DNA of 64,000 bases from Corallochytrium limacisporum Hawaii (taxonomy: Eukaryota > Protista > Pluriformea). Positions 10,605 through 21,633 of the stretch are shown piece by piece (the first letter of the stretch is position 1; the number at the start of each line of letters is the position of its first letter). Under the pieces are notes generated by a model, which worked only from the letters and a program-made list of their open reading frames with translations, made no database searches and was not told the DNA's origin. Both the position numbers and the translations under genes were made by a program. The stretch lies in NCBI GenBank assembly GCA_002811645.1, contig PDIP01000072.1:22945-86944 (forward strand), in the 5' to 3' direction.

Positions 10605-13600
10605 ATGCAGTGGACTCTGCGAACGGGTGTCTTCGGCCTGTTTCAGGCCGTCTGGCTTTCGCTTCTGCTTGTGCCAACAGTAGAAGGTAAGGGATCCGTG
10701 CGTGCATCTCTGCGAGCAGAATGGCATGCTAACAACCTTTTCTCGGAGATGTTGGAATGCATCGGTCTTGTGGATGACGTGGATGAGACCTTGTACTTCC
10801 GCTCGCTGGATATCATGGCTGTCGCAGGCGATAGTATTGGTACATGGACCGATGAGAGGTTTTGGGCTGAGACAACCTTTGTGGCCCTGCGGTCAATGAG
10901 GGGTGACGCAGCCTACAACTTGGTACAGGAGTGCATGGTGTCTGGGCATATGTCAGCTAAAGTGGCCGCTCAGCACAGCCTGGCACCTGCCAACTGCGGC
11001 GGAGTCACACCGTGTCTGTGTATAAACAACAGGGCAGGTGCTGTGTCAGAGGTAGACGTTGACACGGGCAGTATATTGGAGACGGCCAGTGGACTGATCA
11101 CTGGAAAGTCATGGGATCCGGAGGCCGATAATGCGAAATGTGACGCCACTCTTCTCGACACCGACCACGTAAGGTACGTGGGTGCAGAGTCGGTTTCGAA
11201 TAACGACGCTTTACCATTGATTTTGTACCTAGTCCTTGGAGAGAAGAATCATATGGGTGCTTACCAGGTGTTGTTAGAGAAGCTGGCATCGGCGCAGGGA
11301 ACAAAGTTTGCGGTTGCGATTCGTTCTTCTCCCCTCGCCCACGGAAAGGGTCGTCGCAATGCATTCAGCCAACCTTTGGGCCATGCCTTCACCCTGAACG
11401 TTAAATCATCCGAGTACAACACCCGGGACAGCCTGGCATCAGTGAACAGCACTGTCAACTCTACCCTTGCCAACGACTTACGGGGAATGACGTACATGGC
11501 CAATGAAACGAACCCGGACGCAGTCTATGATCGATTGCTGGAACATCTGCGAGACTCTAATGGCACAGAAGGGCCGGTGTCTCCAGACGGTCTGTATCAG
11601 GAATGCGGTCCCGGACGCATGGCGCTCGCAACTCTACGTGATATCAAGTGCAGTCCCCTAAAGGAGGCACTCTTGGCCCGTGACGTGGCACACAAGCCTG
11701 CCCCGCATCGCTGGCAAGCACCGGACGGGCCAGAAGATGTCACTTCAATGGAGCACCCCATTTCAATCCGTTTGGCAGCGTACTCATTGATGACCGCTCA
11801 GAAGTTTGCTACAGACGTCGTTAAAGACCTTGTCATTGACGATGGCCCTGTTACCAGTCGACGACTACGTAAGGGAGGCATGCACCCTGAGATGGATCGT
11901 CTCGCCTTACTCCATGATTTGACACACAATTTGCCCCTGGTTGCTGGATTACTGGAGGAGCTGGCTCCGAAGGCCTTCGAGGGATTTGTGGAGAATGGAT
12001 CTTTGGGTGACCTTGCACGCAAGGATCTGCGTATTGCGCAAGCGCACGGTCGTATTAACTTTTCAGGACCGGAGAAGTCGATCCTACCCGACCTCCGTGT
12101 TAATGGAATTTCAATCAGCCCCACAGACTTAACCGTACACCATATCCTACCCATGCTTGCTCAGGATACCCGCATGTTAAGTCGACTTGGCTCCCTTGGC
12201 TATAGTGCTGACGAAGCCACGCAGCTGCTGGTTGCTCAAATCACTCACACTGCGGACTTTGCGCCGCTCATGGACATGCGCAATGCCGCTGTGTATTTCT
12301 TGAATGACATTGAGAAGGATCCAGAATATGCTTCCATCATGAACACCAAGGTGGTGGATTTGCTGAAAGCCGACGTTGAGAATGCACCAGTGAAGAAAAT
12401 CAGGAAAAACCTCTTCACCCTCATATTGGCTTTTGATCCCACGCATGAAAATTCCGAAGACATTGTACGTTTCCTCATTGCCATGTTGAAGACTGGAGTT
12501 GAGGCCCCGATCCGTCTTGGTGTTATGTTGATCGAATCAAGCCAGAGTTGTGACGCAGAAGGGTATAATTCCGCGGGCGCAGTGCTTCACCTATCTTTCT
12601 TAACTGCTTTGAAGAAGGACGGTGCACTAGAAGCCCTTAATTGGCTGTTGTTTGCGCAAGAGGAGCACGAAAATGGTCGTCCATATACCGTGGACTCTGT
12701 TCGTAATACCTTGAAGTCATCAATCGACGAACATGTTTCGAAAGTGATTGCTGCCGCAAACAACAAATCTGAGGCGGGAAGAACCGAGAACTTCAAGGAC
12801 GTCTTCGAACTTGTTGAGATGCGCCGTCAGATGTGTAGTCAGGTCCATTCCATCGGCATTGGCAACAGTCCCGGAAGCACTTTTGTCTTTGGTAACGGTC
12901 GCCTGGCTCGGGCAGACACACCGAGGGAAGTGGAGAACTTGTCAATGAAACTGTACAATATCGCCATGCAGAAGCTGACAAAGGATGTCCAGGTCGGTGC
13001 TGTTGACGACAAAACCGATCTCAATAACTACTGGCAATTTGTATCGTATGCCAGCAGCTATGGAGGCAGTGCAACTGGGAGAACGAACATTCCGTATGCA
13101 AGGTACAATGCTAAGGTTATGGTTGGTGCTACCAGTGGTGAGCGTGGCTACCTCTATCCCACCGTGCCATTGGATGAGATGTCACGTCTGCACAAAGTCC
13201 ATCAGGGCGATGAACGGCAAGACGGCAAGGAAACCGTGGCCATCTCCGCCGGCGTTCCTGCCAGCCATTGGGTATTCCCAAAGGGCTATGGCATTGATGA
13301 GAAAGGCTACTTCCCTGATGTTATCAAGACCATTGCGGTCGTGGTTGATCTCGAGAGCTCCACTGGACGCATGACCGCGCTGAGCAGCTTACAGTATCTC
13401 CAGCGAGCCGCAGCCGATGATGCGAGCAGTATGACAGGAGAAGTACGGGAGAAACACAGGCCGGCCGAGACCGCCATTCCTGCGGCAGATCTGTACACTC
13501 GGCTGCTTATCGTTCCCGCGAAACATCGTGGACAGGATCCTAAGATCCCAGGTCCATTCACAGAAGCATACATCCGGTTACTTGTGTCGCTGGAAGTCGA

Positions 13601-16214
13601 CAATGAACTCAGCAATGACGTACACAAGCGCCGTGAACACCTCTTGCACTTCTTCGAAGCCGCTGCCGTGAGCCGGACTGCCGAGGATCTGACTGGCCAT
13701 GTCAAAGAGCGCAGCATGAAAGGAACCAGCCAGCCTCTCTCGGTTTCAAGCGTGGAGTCTGCTTCGCACATTGAGCGCGCAATGCAGGTCAGCATCGATG
13801 AGAACGCCAAGAGCACACTGTGGCAGAATTTCCGCGATATCAGCAGCTCATTCCTCGGCCGTGCAGAGGCGGCTTCAGGTGAGTTTGTAGTGGCTGTGAA
13901 CGGCCGCATCTACGGTCCCTTTGGAGAAACCGAATTGCTTAAGATGGAAGACATTCATCTCATGACCACCGTTGAAGCAAACCACCGCCTCAAAAATGTC
14001 CTTTCCGTGGTCCAGGGTTCCGCAGTGCACATTGGCGAGCGTGATCACGGGAAGGTCGCGAATTCCCGGGAGCTCAAGATTTGGAATACTACACTGCAGG
14101 CCTTGATCGTCCTCAGTGAAGTGCCCGCTAGCCATGGCGATCCTATGCCACTGCGTAGCCACGGCTTCAGTAAAGCTGCCACAGTGAATATAGCCGAGCG
14201 TGAACAGCACTTGCCGCGGCATGAGATCAGTCTCGTCTTCGACCCCTTGAGCGAAGAAGCACCTGCAGCCCTTGATTTAGCCTTGTGGATCACGACCACT
14301 GTGAATGCTCGTATGCAGGTTTACATTGTCGTGCCACCATCGCTACAAGAAGACTCGGTCACCAATGGCATTGCCCAGCGTGGCTCAGAGTATCCCTTGC
14401 CTCTCCCACCTATGCGCTTCTACCGATCATCTATTGGTGGCCTCAATGACTCAGTTGTAGCCTTCTCTGGTGACACCATGGACAGTCATACTCTGGGCCG
14501 CAGTGCCGTGTCCGGGGTTATTCTTCGCCTGGCACTTACGGAGCCAAGGTTTGGCAAAGTACGTGCGGCACGCCTACAGCAGCAGGTGAACTTCTGTTCC
14601 GTGCCCGATGACACAGTTTACACTCTCGATGTCCGTGCACCCACAGCCTGGGTGACGGTGCTCAAAGAAGGCGTTGCAGATTTTGATAACATTTATTTTG
14701 CCCCGTTTGGACGCAAAGGATCACAGCTCCAACATCATGACGACCATGTCGCGGCCGTGTACGGCCTGACCGGTCTCGCCATTGAAGGTGAGATGATAGA
14801 AGGTGGCTTGCAGCGCCCAGCTCGTGGACTACAGTTGGAACTTGGTACGTTTTCTGAGGAATCCGGGGATGTCGTTGTCGATGACACAGTTACCATACAC
14901 AACACGGCATATTACCAACTCACTGCTCCACCAGGTTACTTTTCCCTGCGCCTGAAGAAAGGTACGCAGAGCGAGAACATTTACCGTCTGACCAATGTCC
15001 TGAGTCATGCGCACCTCGGAGAGGCCGTGCAGAAGACATCGACGCTTCCTATCTCCGTGGTATCACTGGTCAGCCCTTACTACGCGGTCGGTGTGATGAA
15101 GAAAGAAGGGAAGGAGCATGAAGCTCTGCTCGCCGTCCCGGATCCCTTCAGTCCAAACCCTCCGCCGTCCGCGGAGCAAACGCTATCCACCGACAAAGTC
15201 AACGTTTTCAGCGTTGGGTCTGGTCATCTGTATGAGCGCATGCTGGGAATTGTGATGACCAGTGCAAAGGACAGTATGAAGGATGCCGAGTCCACGGAAC
15301 TGCATTTCTGGATCTTAGATAGGTACATCAGCCCGCGCTTCCGGAGCTTGCTGCCGCATCTGGAGTCCGAACTCGGTGTAACCATTCACCTTGTAAACTA
15401 CCAGTGGCCTAATTGGCTGGGGCCGACCCCATACCCCAGGCGGCGAATCATTGAGGCGTACAAAATCTTATTCCTCGACGTCCTCTTTCCGCAGGATACG
15501 GACCGCGTAGTCTTTATGGACGCAGATCATGTCGTGCGCGAGGACCTTACCGAGCTCATGGCCTACGATCTCACGCAGAACGTCGAGGGGCCCAGTGACA
15601 CCAGCGTTGCACCGTACGCGTTCACACCCTACTGCTCTGACCGCCCCGAGATGGCCGAGCATCGCTTCTGGGATACTGGGTTCTGGCACGACCATCTTCA
15701 CAAGAATGGCCAAACTTACCATTCTTCCTCGCTGTTTGTAGTCGACCTCGGCGTTTTCCGGCGTACCCTGGCGGGCGACGCGCTGCGCAAGGCTTACCTT
15801 GAACTTTCCAACGGTCCACACACGCTGCGAAATCTGGACCAGGACCTCCCGAACTACACACAGCATCGAGTAGCGATCTCTTCTCTGCCGCAGCAATGGC
15901 TGTGGTGCGAAACATGGTGCTCGGACGGCACAAAGGACAGAGCGAAGACAATCAATATCTGCAACAATCCACAGACCCGGGAGGCCAAGCTGAACGCTGC
16001 TCGGCGTATCATTGGCCAAGCCTGGGACGACATTGATCACCGAATCTACGAGAAGGTTTGGCTCAAGCACTGGCAAACGAGTATGGAAGACATGGGCGCA
16101 GTCTTCCGAGATGGCACTTTGCGCGCGGAAGGCGTCAAGGACCGGGAGAGTCCAATCTACACCGGTGCGCTGACCGGGAACGATACTGACGACGACTCCC
16201 GTGACGAGCTGTAA
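10605..16214 (+). CDS. UGGT: UDP-glucose:glycoprotein glucosyltransferase (UGGT family, GT24 domain)
   Basis: Signal peptide, VFSVGSGHLYERM, YKILFLDVLFP, DAD, NLDQDLPN, WLWCETWC, and a C-terminal ER-retention signal RDEL; 1869 aa. Confidence 0.93.
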   Translation: MQWTLRTGVFGLFQAVWLSLLLVPTVEGKGSVRASLRAEWHANNLFSEMLECIGLVDDVDETLYFRSLDIMAVAGDSIGTWTDERFWAETTFVALRSMRGDAAYNLVQECMVSGHMSAKVAAQHSLAPANCGGVTPCLCINNRAGAVSEVDVDTGSILETASGLITGKSWDPEADNAKCDATLLDTDHVRYVGAESVSNNDALPLILYLVLGEKNHMGAYQVLLEKLASAQGTKFAVAIRSSPLAHGKGRRNAFSQPLGHAFTLNVKSSEYNTRDSLASVNSTVNSTLANDLRGMTYMANETNPDAVYDRLLEHLRDSNGTEGPVSPDGLYQECGPGRMALATLRDIKCSPLKEALLARDVAHKPAPHRWQAPDGPEDVTSMEHPISIRLAAYSLMTAQKFATDVVKDLVIDDGPVTSRRLRKGGMHPEMDRLALLHDLTHNLPLVAGLLEELAPKAFEGFVENGSLGDLARKDLRIAQAHGRINFSGPEKSILPDLRVNGISISPTDLTVHHILPMLAQDTRMLSRLGSLGYSADEATQLLVAQITHTADFAPLMDMRNAAVYFLNDIEKDPEYASIMNTKVVDLLKADVENAPVKKIRKNLFTLILAFDPTHENSEDIVRFLIAMLKTGVEAPIRLGVMLIESSQSCDAEGYNSAGAVLHLSFLTALKKDGALEALNWLLFAQEEHENGRPYTVDSVRNTLKSSIDEHVSKVIAAANNKSEAGRTENFKDVFELVEMRRQMCSQVHSIGIGNSPGSTFVFGNGRLARADTPREVENLSMKLYNIAMQKLTKDVQVGAVDDKTDLNNYWQFVSYASSYGGSATGRTNIPYARYNAKVMVGATSGERGYLYPTVPLDEMSRLHKVHQGDERQDGKETVAISAGVPASHWVFPKGYGIDEKGYFPDVIKTIAVVVDLESSTGRMTALSSLQYLQRAAADDASSMTGEVREKHRPAETAIPAADLYTRLLIVPAKHRGQDPKIPGPFTEAYIRLLVSLEVDNELSNDVHKRREHLLHFFEAAAVSRTAEDLTGHVKERSMKGTSQPLSVSSVESASHIERAMQVSIDENAKSTLWQNFRDISSSFLGRAEAASGEFVVAVNGRIYGPFGETELLKMEDIHLMTTVEANHRLKNVLSVVQGSAVHIGERDHGKVANSRELKIWNTTLQALIVLSEVPASHGDPMPLRSHGFSKAATVNIAEREQHLPRHEISLVFDPLSEEAPAALDLALWITTTVNARMQVYIVVPPSLQEDSVTNGIAQRGSEYPLPLPPMRFYRSSIGGLNDSVVAFSGDTMDSHTLGRSAVSGVILRLALTEPRFGKVRAARLQQQVNFCSVPDDTVYTLDVRAPTAWVTVLKEGVADFDNIYFAPFGRKGSQLQHHDDHVAAVYGLTGLAIEGEMIEGGLQRPARGLQLELGTFSEESGDVVVDDTVTIHNTAYYQLTAPPGYFSLRLKKGTQSENIYRLTNVLSHAHLGEAVQKTSTLPISVVSLVSPYYAVGVMKKEGKEHEALLAVPDPFSPNPPPSAEQTLSTDKVNVFSVGSGHLYERMLGIVMTSAKDSMKDAESTELHFWILDRYISPRFRSLLPHLESELGVTIHLVNYQWPNWLGPTPYPRRRIIEAYKILFLDVLFPQDTDRVVFMDADHVVREDLTELMAYDLTQNVEGPSDTSVAPYAFTPYCSDRPEMAEHRFWDTGFWHDHLHKNGQTYHSSSLFVVDLGVFRRTLAGDALRKAYLELSNGPHTLRNLDQDLPNYTQHRVAISSLPQQWLWCETWCSDGTKDRAKTINICNNPQTREAKLNAARRIIGQAWDDIDHRIYEKVWLKHWQTSMEDMGAVFRDGTLRAEGVKDRESPIYTGALTGNDTDDDSRDEL

Positions 16215-16449
16215 GGTTACGCTGGAAGGGACATGGTCATGTTCCTGGGCGGAGCCCTTATCCCCACTACTCATCTACCCATCGCCTCTGTGATTCTCCT
16301 CACGATGACAATTAGCCTACAACTTCCGAAATGCATTAGATTTCTTTAGTAAGTCATTAAAGCCTAAATTCAGATGACAATGAAATAAGATGGTGGGCGT
16401 ATATTCTTTGGGCCATTATGCAATGCGGATATGTAAACTGATATTCGCT

Positions 16450-18012
16450 TTACAAGTGGACATGGGCCGCCTTGCGGACCCAGTCCAAAGTGGAGTTGAT
16501 GAGTGGAGGATAGCGTGTGTTGGTGAGCCACTCACCGCCCTCGGAGCGGGCAGCGACCGCCTTCTGGTGGCTAAATACATTGAACGAGTGATCACCGTGG
16601 TAGCCTCCGCCAACACCGGAGGGACCGACACCGCCGAACGGAAGTTCCTTGATCGCAGCGTGGATCAGAGTATCGTTGACAACGGCACCGCCGGACGAAG
16701 TGTAGTCCAGGACCTGCTGAATGTTAACCTTGTTCCCGCTGAAGATGTACAGAGCGAGTGGCTTGTCGCGGTCGTTAATGAAGGTGATGGCCTCGTCGAT
16801 GGACTCGCAGTCGATCATGGGGAGAATGGGTCCAAAGATCTCGTCCTGCATGACCTCGGACGCCGGGTCGACGTGCGCCATGACAGTCGGGGCAACGTAG
16901 CGGTCAGTGGCGCGATATTCACCACCGAGGACAACATCCTGCTTCTGCCCTTCAATCATGCGCACCTGGCGCTCAAAGTGGCGGTTAGTGGCAATGCGGC
17001 CGTAGTCCCCAGAGGAACCGGGGTCCTCGGTGTAGAACACGGTAATGGCATTCTTGAGTTCGGCAGCGAGCTCCTCCTGCATGTCACGGGGGCACAGCAC
17101 GTAATCACAAGCGATGCAAGTTTGTCCGGCGTTGAACCATCGACCCATAGTAATGCGACGGGCAGCATTCTTCAGGTTCGCACCGCGGTCAATGATGGTG
17201 GGGGACTTACCACCCAATTCTAGCAGGGTTGGGGTCAAGTTCTCAGCAGCGGCGCGTTGGACGATGCGACCGACCGTACCGTTGCCGGTGTACGCAATAA
17301 AGTCCCACTTTTCCTTGAGAAGTGCGCTTGTACCCTCCGCATCGGCCTGAACGATGGAGTAGGCATCGGAATCGAGGTAACGGTGCATTGTATCCTCGAA
17401 AGTCTGAGCGACAGCCTCAGAGACTTCGGAAGGCTTAATGATGGCAGTGTTACCGGCAGCAATGGCACCAATCAAAGGAATGGCAGTAAGCTGCACGGGG
17501 TAGTTCCAGGCACCAATGACAAGGACATTGCCGTACGGGTCGGGTTTGATCTGGGTGGAGTACGCAGCGAAAACGATGCCAGGGTTGACTTTGGTGCCCT
17601 TGACGAGGCGGTGAACATTCTTGTAGAGGTAGGCAGCCTCGCTCATCACCATGCCGGTCTCCAACATGACACCCTCAGACTTGCTCTTGCCCAGGTCATG
17701 CTTCAGGGCTTCCAGCCAAAGATCTTCGTTGTCGCTGATCCACGCATAGGCAGCCTTAAGCTGCTCCTTGCGGTACTCCACAGGGATTGTCTTTCCCGTC
17801 TTGAAGGTGCCCCGAGTCTTGGCAACGATCTCTGGGATCTGGTTGATAGGAGTCAACCTCAGGCCTTCTTCGTTCGTGGGCGCGGTCTGCGCGGCAGTGG
17901 AGCGGTTACGACGGAGAGCCATGATCGCACTGCCGGCCATGCCAGTGCGGAGCGTCTGGCTGGCGGTTGATCCGACACGGGCCACGGAATGTTTTGCAAA
18001 AGTGGACAACAT
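16450..18012 (-). CDS. Aldehyde dehydrogenase, ALDH3/fatty-aldehyde class, with a mitochondrial-type presequence
   Basis: IGAWNYP, KPSE, YTGNGTVG, LELGGKSP, GQTCIACDY, EIFGPILP, PFGGVGPSG. Acid-free, Arg-rich N-terminus. Confidence 0.93.
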   Translation of the reverse strand: MLSTFAKHSVARVGSTASQTLRTGMAGSAIMALRRNRSTAAQTAPTNEEGLRLTPINQIPEIVAKTRGTFKTGKTIPVEYRKEQLKAAYAWISDNEDLWLEALKHDLGKSKSEGVMLETGMVMSEAAYLYKNVHRLVKGTKVNPGIVFAAYSTQIKPDPYGNVLVIGAWNYPVQLTAIPLIGAIAAGNTAIIKPSEVSEAVAQTFEDTMHRYLDSDAYSIVQADAEGTSALLKEKWDFIAYTGNGTVGRIVQRAAAENLTPTLLELGGKSPTIIDRGANLKNAARRITMGRWFNAGQTCIACDYVLCPRDMQEELAAELKNAITVFYTEDPGSSGDYGRIATNRHFERQVRMIEGQKQDVVLGGEYRATDRYVAPTVMAHVDPASEVMQDEIFGPILPMIDCESIDEAITFINDRDKPLALYIFSGNKVNIQQVLDYTSSGGAVVNDTLIHAAIKELPFGGVGPSGVGGGYHGDHSFNVFSHQKAVAARSEGGEWLTNTRYPPLINSTLDWVRKAAHVHL

Positions 18013-18379
18013 GATTAAAGTCTGCTTGTGTGGTATGTGTGTGTGTGACTAACAGTTTGTTTTTGCGTTTGCTCAAAGTGAACTTTGTTGGGCATTAACT
18101 TCCCTTCTTCCAACAAACTCCACAACAACAGATATCAGTCTATTTATATCCTGCCAGTCTCGAGACCATCCCGTACAATACCTTCTTCTGTACCTGTCGT
18201 ATTCTGAACACTTGATCATGGTAGTGCACACGCTATTCAACGAGTTGACGTCTACAATGGAACAAAGGCTCCCGAATCTCCCATACCGAAACGCAAACAA
18301 ATCTGAACCAAAACACGCCTCTCCCGTAGGATCTGGACACCAAGCTCACCAGGGTTCTAAGGGCCCAACCAAAAAGAAG

Positions 18380-19720
18380 GAAAGAAGAGAAAAAAAAAAG
18401 GAGGGGGAGTAGGGGGAGGGGGGTTGCCGAATGACCACACAAAACACCTAACAGATCTTCATGAGTTAACCCCCCGACGCAAGAAAATGTTAAAAATAAA
18501 AAACTTGGGAAGGGCACTGGTGACGGGCAGGGCGTGTGCGTGTGCGTGTGCGTGTGCGTGTGCGTGCGTGTGTGTGTGTGTGTAACCACCACAAAAAATA
18601 CGGGGACCTACCCTAACATCCCCGCCCCCCTCCCGCCGGTACGCAATGGCACACCGAGCTCTTATCCGTTCTTTCCCGTTCCCAATGCCGCGGCAAAAAA
18701 AAAAAAGAGGAAAACCGTACGGTCCCAAGCGGAGCGGACAGAAGGGGGAACCCAAGCGTTTAAAAATAAAAAGAAAAAGAAAAAAAGAAAGAAGGAGAAA
18801 ACGAACCCCCCCCTCAGAAAAAAATGGAAAAGAGAAAGGAGGGAGTGTAAGGGAGAGAAAACAAAAGGGAAAAAAGAATAGAAAGAAAAAAGGGAAAAAA
18901 AGCCACAGAGGGGAAACGTTTCACTTTGTGTCCAGGAAAGGGAACAAAAAGAATGAGTTTCTTTAAAAAAAATGGGACATCCAAAGACCCACAAGAGCCA
19001 GACAGGACATCCCCCTGAAACCAACCAAGCCCAAAAGGCAAGGGGGGAGCCAGAGGTGGGTCCAAGAGGGAAACCTTGCAAGAAAAAGTTAGAGCCACAG
19101 ACACACAGTGGATACCCGACCGACCCATAGAGAGAAGGCAGTGGTAGAGCCGACGGTGCCCCAGCAGTCCATAGTCAGACAGACACCTTGCCCCCTCCCC
19201 CCCCCTCTCTCTCTCTCCTTCTGTCCTTCTCCAGGAACCGGGGAAGAGGAAGGAAGAGAAGGAAAAGCAAAAAAAAAATCTTTTCGCGAACCAAAATCCG
19301 CACACTCGCTCTCTGTCTCTTTCTCTCTTTCTTTCTTTTATCTGTCTCCCACTCCCGTCCGTTCACTATGGCACCAAAGGTTCAACAGTGGAGCGGGACT
19401 AGGCAAGGAGGACGAGGAGGGTTCTCCTTGCGACGAAGAGAGATATGCAAAAACTGCCAGCACTCTCTCACTCACTGCGTTCGGGGGCCCTGCTTTTGCA
19501 AAAACTCACTCTCTCTCTCTCTACTCTCCCTCTCTGTCTCTCTCCCTCTACTCTCCCTCTCTACTCTCCCTCTCTCTACTCCACCTTTCTGTCTCAGTAA
19601 CTCTGGTCTCTGTTTATCGCGCCGCAGTTGTGCTAGTGTCCCCCCCCCTCCCCCCATCTCGCCCGATCAACCACAGCTCTCCCCTCTCTCCCCCCCCTCC
19701 CCCCCCTTCCAAACCTTTCG
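18380..19720. repeat. Low-complexity tract (poly-purine then poly-pyrimidine blocks, homopolymer runs, (CT)n)
   Basis: A/G-rich at ~18690-19100 and C/T-rich at ~19190-19720. ORFs here are compositional (poly-K, poly-F, SL repeats). Confidence 0.8.
18532..18583. repeat. (GCGTGT)n-(GT)n microsatellite
   Basis: Read directly from the sequence. Confidence 0.9.
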
Positions 19721-21373
19721 GCCATTCATTTTATACATTGGGTATATGCACAGTCAAACTGATAAGAATTTTTCTGGACAAGTTGCCCTGACACAATTCC
19801 GAATCATGAGCAAACGGGGCCACCGATGCCGCAAATGGCTCGGATTGGAGACACAGGTCCTACGGACAACTAAGAGTTTTTATCGGGCACCGTCTTAGTA
19901 ATTAATCCATGAGAGCATTACAGAGTGGATATATCGTCTTGGGTATCTTTCTATAACCCCGACTCATAGATGGGGGTTTACAAGTCGCAATCCGGTGAGA
20001 CACGAACATGTCGGATAGGTCTCTGTAATTCGTCAAATCCACGGGACCATATTAAATGTACTGGAGCCATAGTTTATATCAGGACTACTATGCCCTCCAT
20101 TCCTCCCAGTGACCAATGCAACTCCTGGCACCTGGCGGGGACAGCTTCCGCGGGTAATGCGTAGAGAGATCAGCACACGACCGTTCAGGAGCACAGCCAA
20201 GACCCGGTCCACATTGCCTGATTGTTTGTGACCCTGAACATCGTCTTCCATCTGCTGATATGAAATGCTTAGGTGTTTTCGTTTGTAATAGACCTTTAGC
20301 TGCCCATGTATCAGCATGGCGATCGTTTCCCAGCCATCGCGTGACCACGTCCACACAACAGTGCCTCAGAACGGCTCCTGATCATGACCGAAATCTACGG
20401 TGCCAACAAAGTGAAGTATAAGGGAAGGCCCCTAATCCTCACTGTCGCTCACACTCTCTGTGCCTCCAGTACTGCGCAATTCCTTTTACTGGTGTTGGCC
20501 AGATGTCACACTCAACCTCTCAACTTTGTCCTTGGTTTGCCATTGTCGCCCAAAGGGTTCTTCGCGGTTTGGTCTTAAGGTCCTTGGTGAGTTCACCGCT
20601 GATCGTCTGTCGCAAGGGAAGGGAAGGGCGGCCGCCGCGGGGAAGTACGAGTGAGGAAACAAAGCGCGAAAGTGACGGGGCAGGCGTTTGTACTTTTTTC
20701 TTTGTTACACTCCAAAGATTTTATACAAAGTATGTCCAGCCACCCTGCCATTTTATTTCAAGTGCGCAGTTGGTATGCGTAATAGTGCGTGTGCTTTGGT
20801 GGGGGGGTTTCAGAGTTTGCTTCCGGGGGAAGAAAGTGTACGTGTATCCAGGCACACGGAAGACCTCAGTGTCGGTGTTGCGGGGGACCGTTCCGTGTCG
20901 TCCTTTACATTACGCGGCGCGGGGGTGTTTGGCTTCAGGAGAGAAAGGGAGGCTCTCCGTGTGAGTGATGTGCATGTGGGTGTCGATCTCTTCCTCTTTC
21001 TGCTTCATCAGTTGTGCGCCACCAACTCTTGTGTCGCCCTCACTCCTTGTCCCGCTACCAAAGACAGTACCGGGGAAGCAGCGAGCCCAGCTTTTGGGGC
21101 ATGGCTCCTGTGGCGCAATAATACCGGGGCCTGCGAGTGCGGCAGTGACGACACAGAGAGCTTTAAGGCGGAGGGGAGCGCAGGGGAGCGGGTTGTTCTT
21201 GGCCAGTTGGCCGGCCCCCCCTCTCCTGATCCCGAGCCGCACAACCAATGCTTTCTCTGCTGATAATACGGAAAAAGGCGAGCCCGAAGTGACAGCCCAG
21301 TGGTTCGGGACCCGAAGGACCCTCGCGGGAAAAACGGGCACCCAACAGGGGCCTCCCCGGGCCGGGGGATTTA

Positions 21374-21385
21374 AAAATAGGCCCC
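21374..21385 (+). promoter_or_regulatory. AAAATAGGCCCC motif (GCGGGAAA at 21325-21332)
   Basis: Identical 12-mer to 4271-4282. Confidence 0.4.
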
Positions 21386-21566
21386 GAGCGACAGGGGAGT
21401 GCGTTGGCGAGTAGGGATGCGGAGTTTGCTAAACGAGGCGTGTAATGTGTTTGTTCTTGATTGTGATTTTTTAAAAAATGGTGGTTGGAAAAGATCAGTC
21501 ATGATTCATATGTGTCTCTTTGGAGATCCGGCGCGTTTTGATTCCCTTAGTCTTGCCTTTAGGGTC

Positions 21567-21610
21567 GGTTCTGGATCATGGACTGATTGGTTCTGGATCA
21601 TGGACTGATT
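21567..21610. repeat. Perfect 22-bp tandem duplication GGTTCTGGATCATGGACTGATT x2
   Basis: Read directly; lies just downstream of the stop codon of the CDGSH/glutamate-synthase-like gene. Confidence 0.9.
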
Positions 21611-21633
21611 AGCTATGATCCACTGTCCAGCAC

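Noticed and set aside
16390-17970. Long + strand ORFs (277 and 237 aa) antisense to ALDH
   Set aside because: Codon-aligned shadow ORFs of a biased gene; no independent motifs.
18033-18055. GTATGT...GACTAAC-AG, a yeast-like 23-nt intron signature
   Set aside because: Antisense to ALDH and largely made of a (GT)n repeat; probably chance.
18233-19898. Poly-K, poly-F and SL-repeat ORFs
   Set aside because: Translations of low-complexity DNA.
21567-21610. 22-bp repeat pair as a CRISPR array or target-site duplication
   Set aside because: Only two abutting copies, no spacer, no cas or transposase gene, eukaryotic context.
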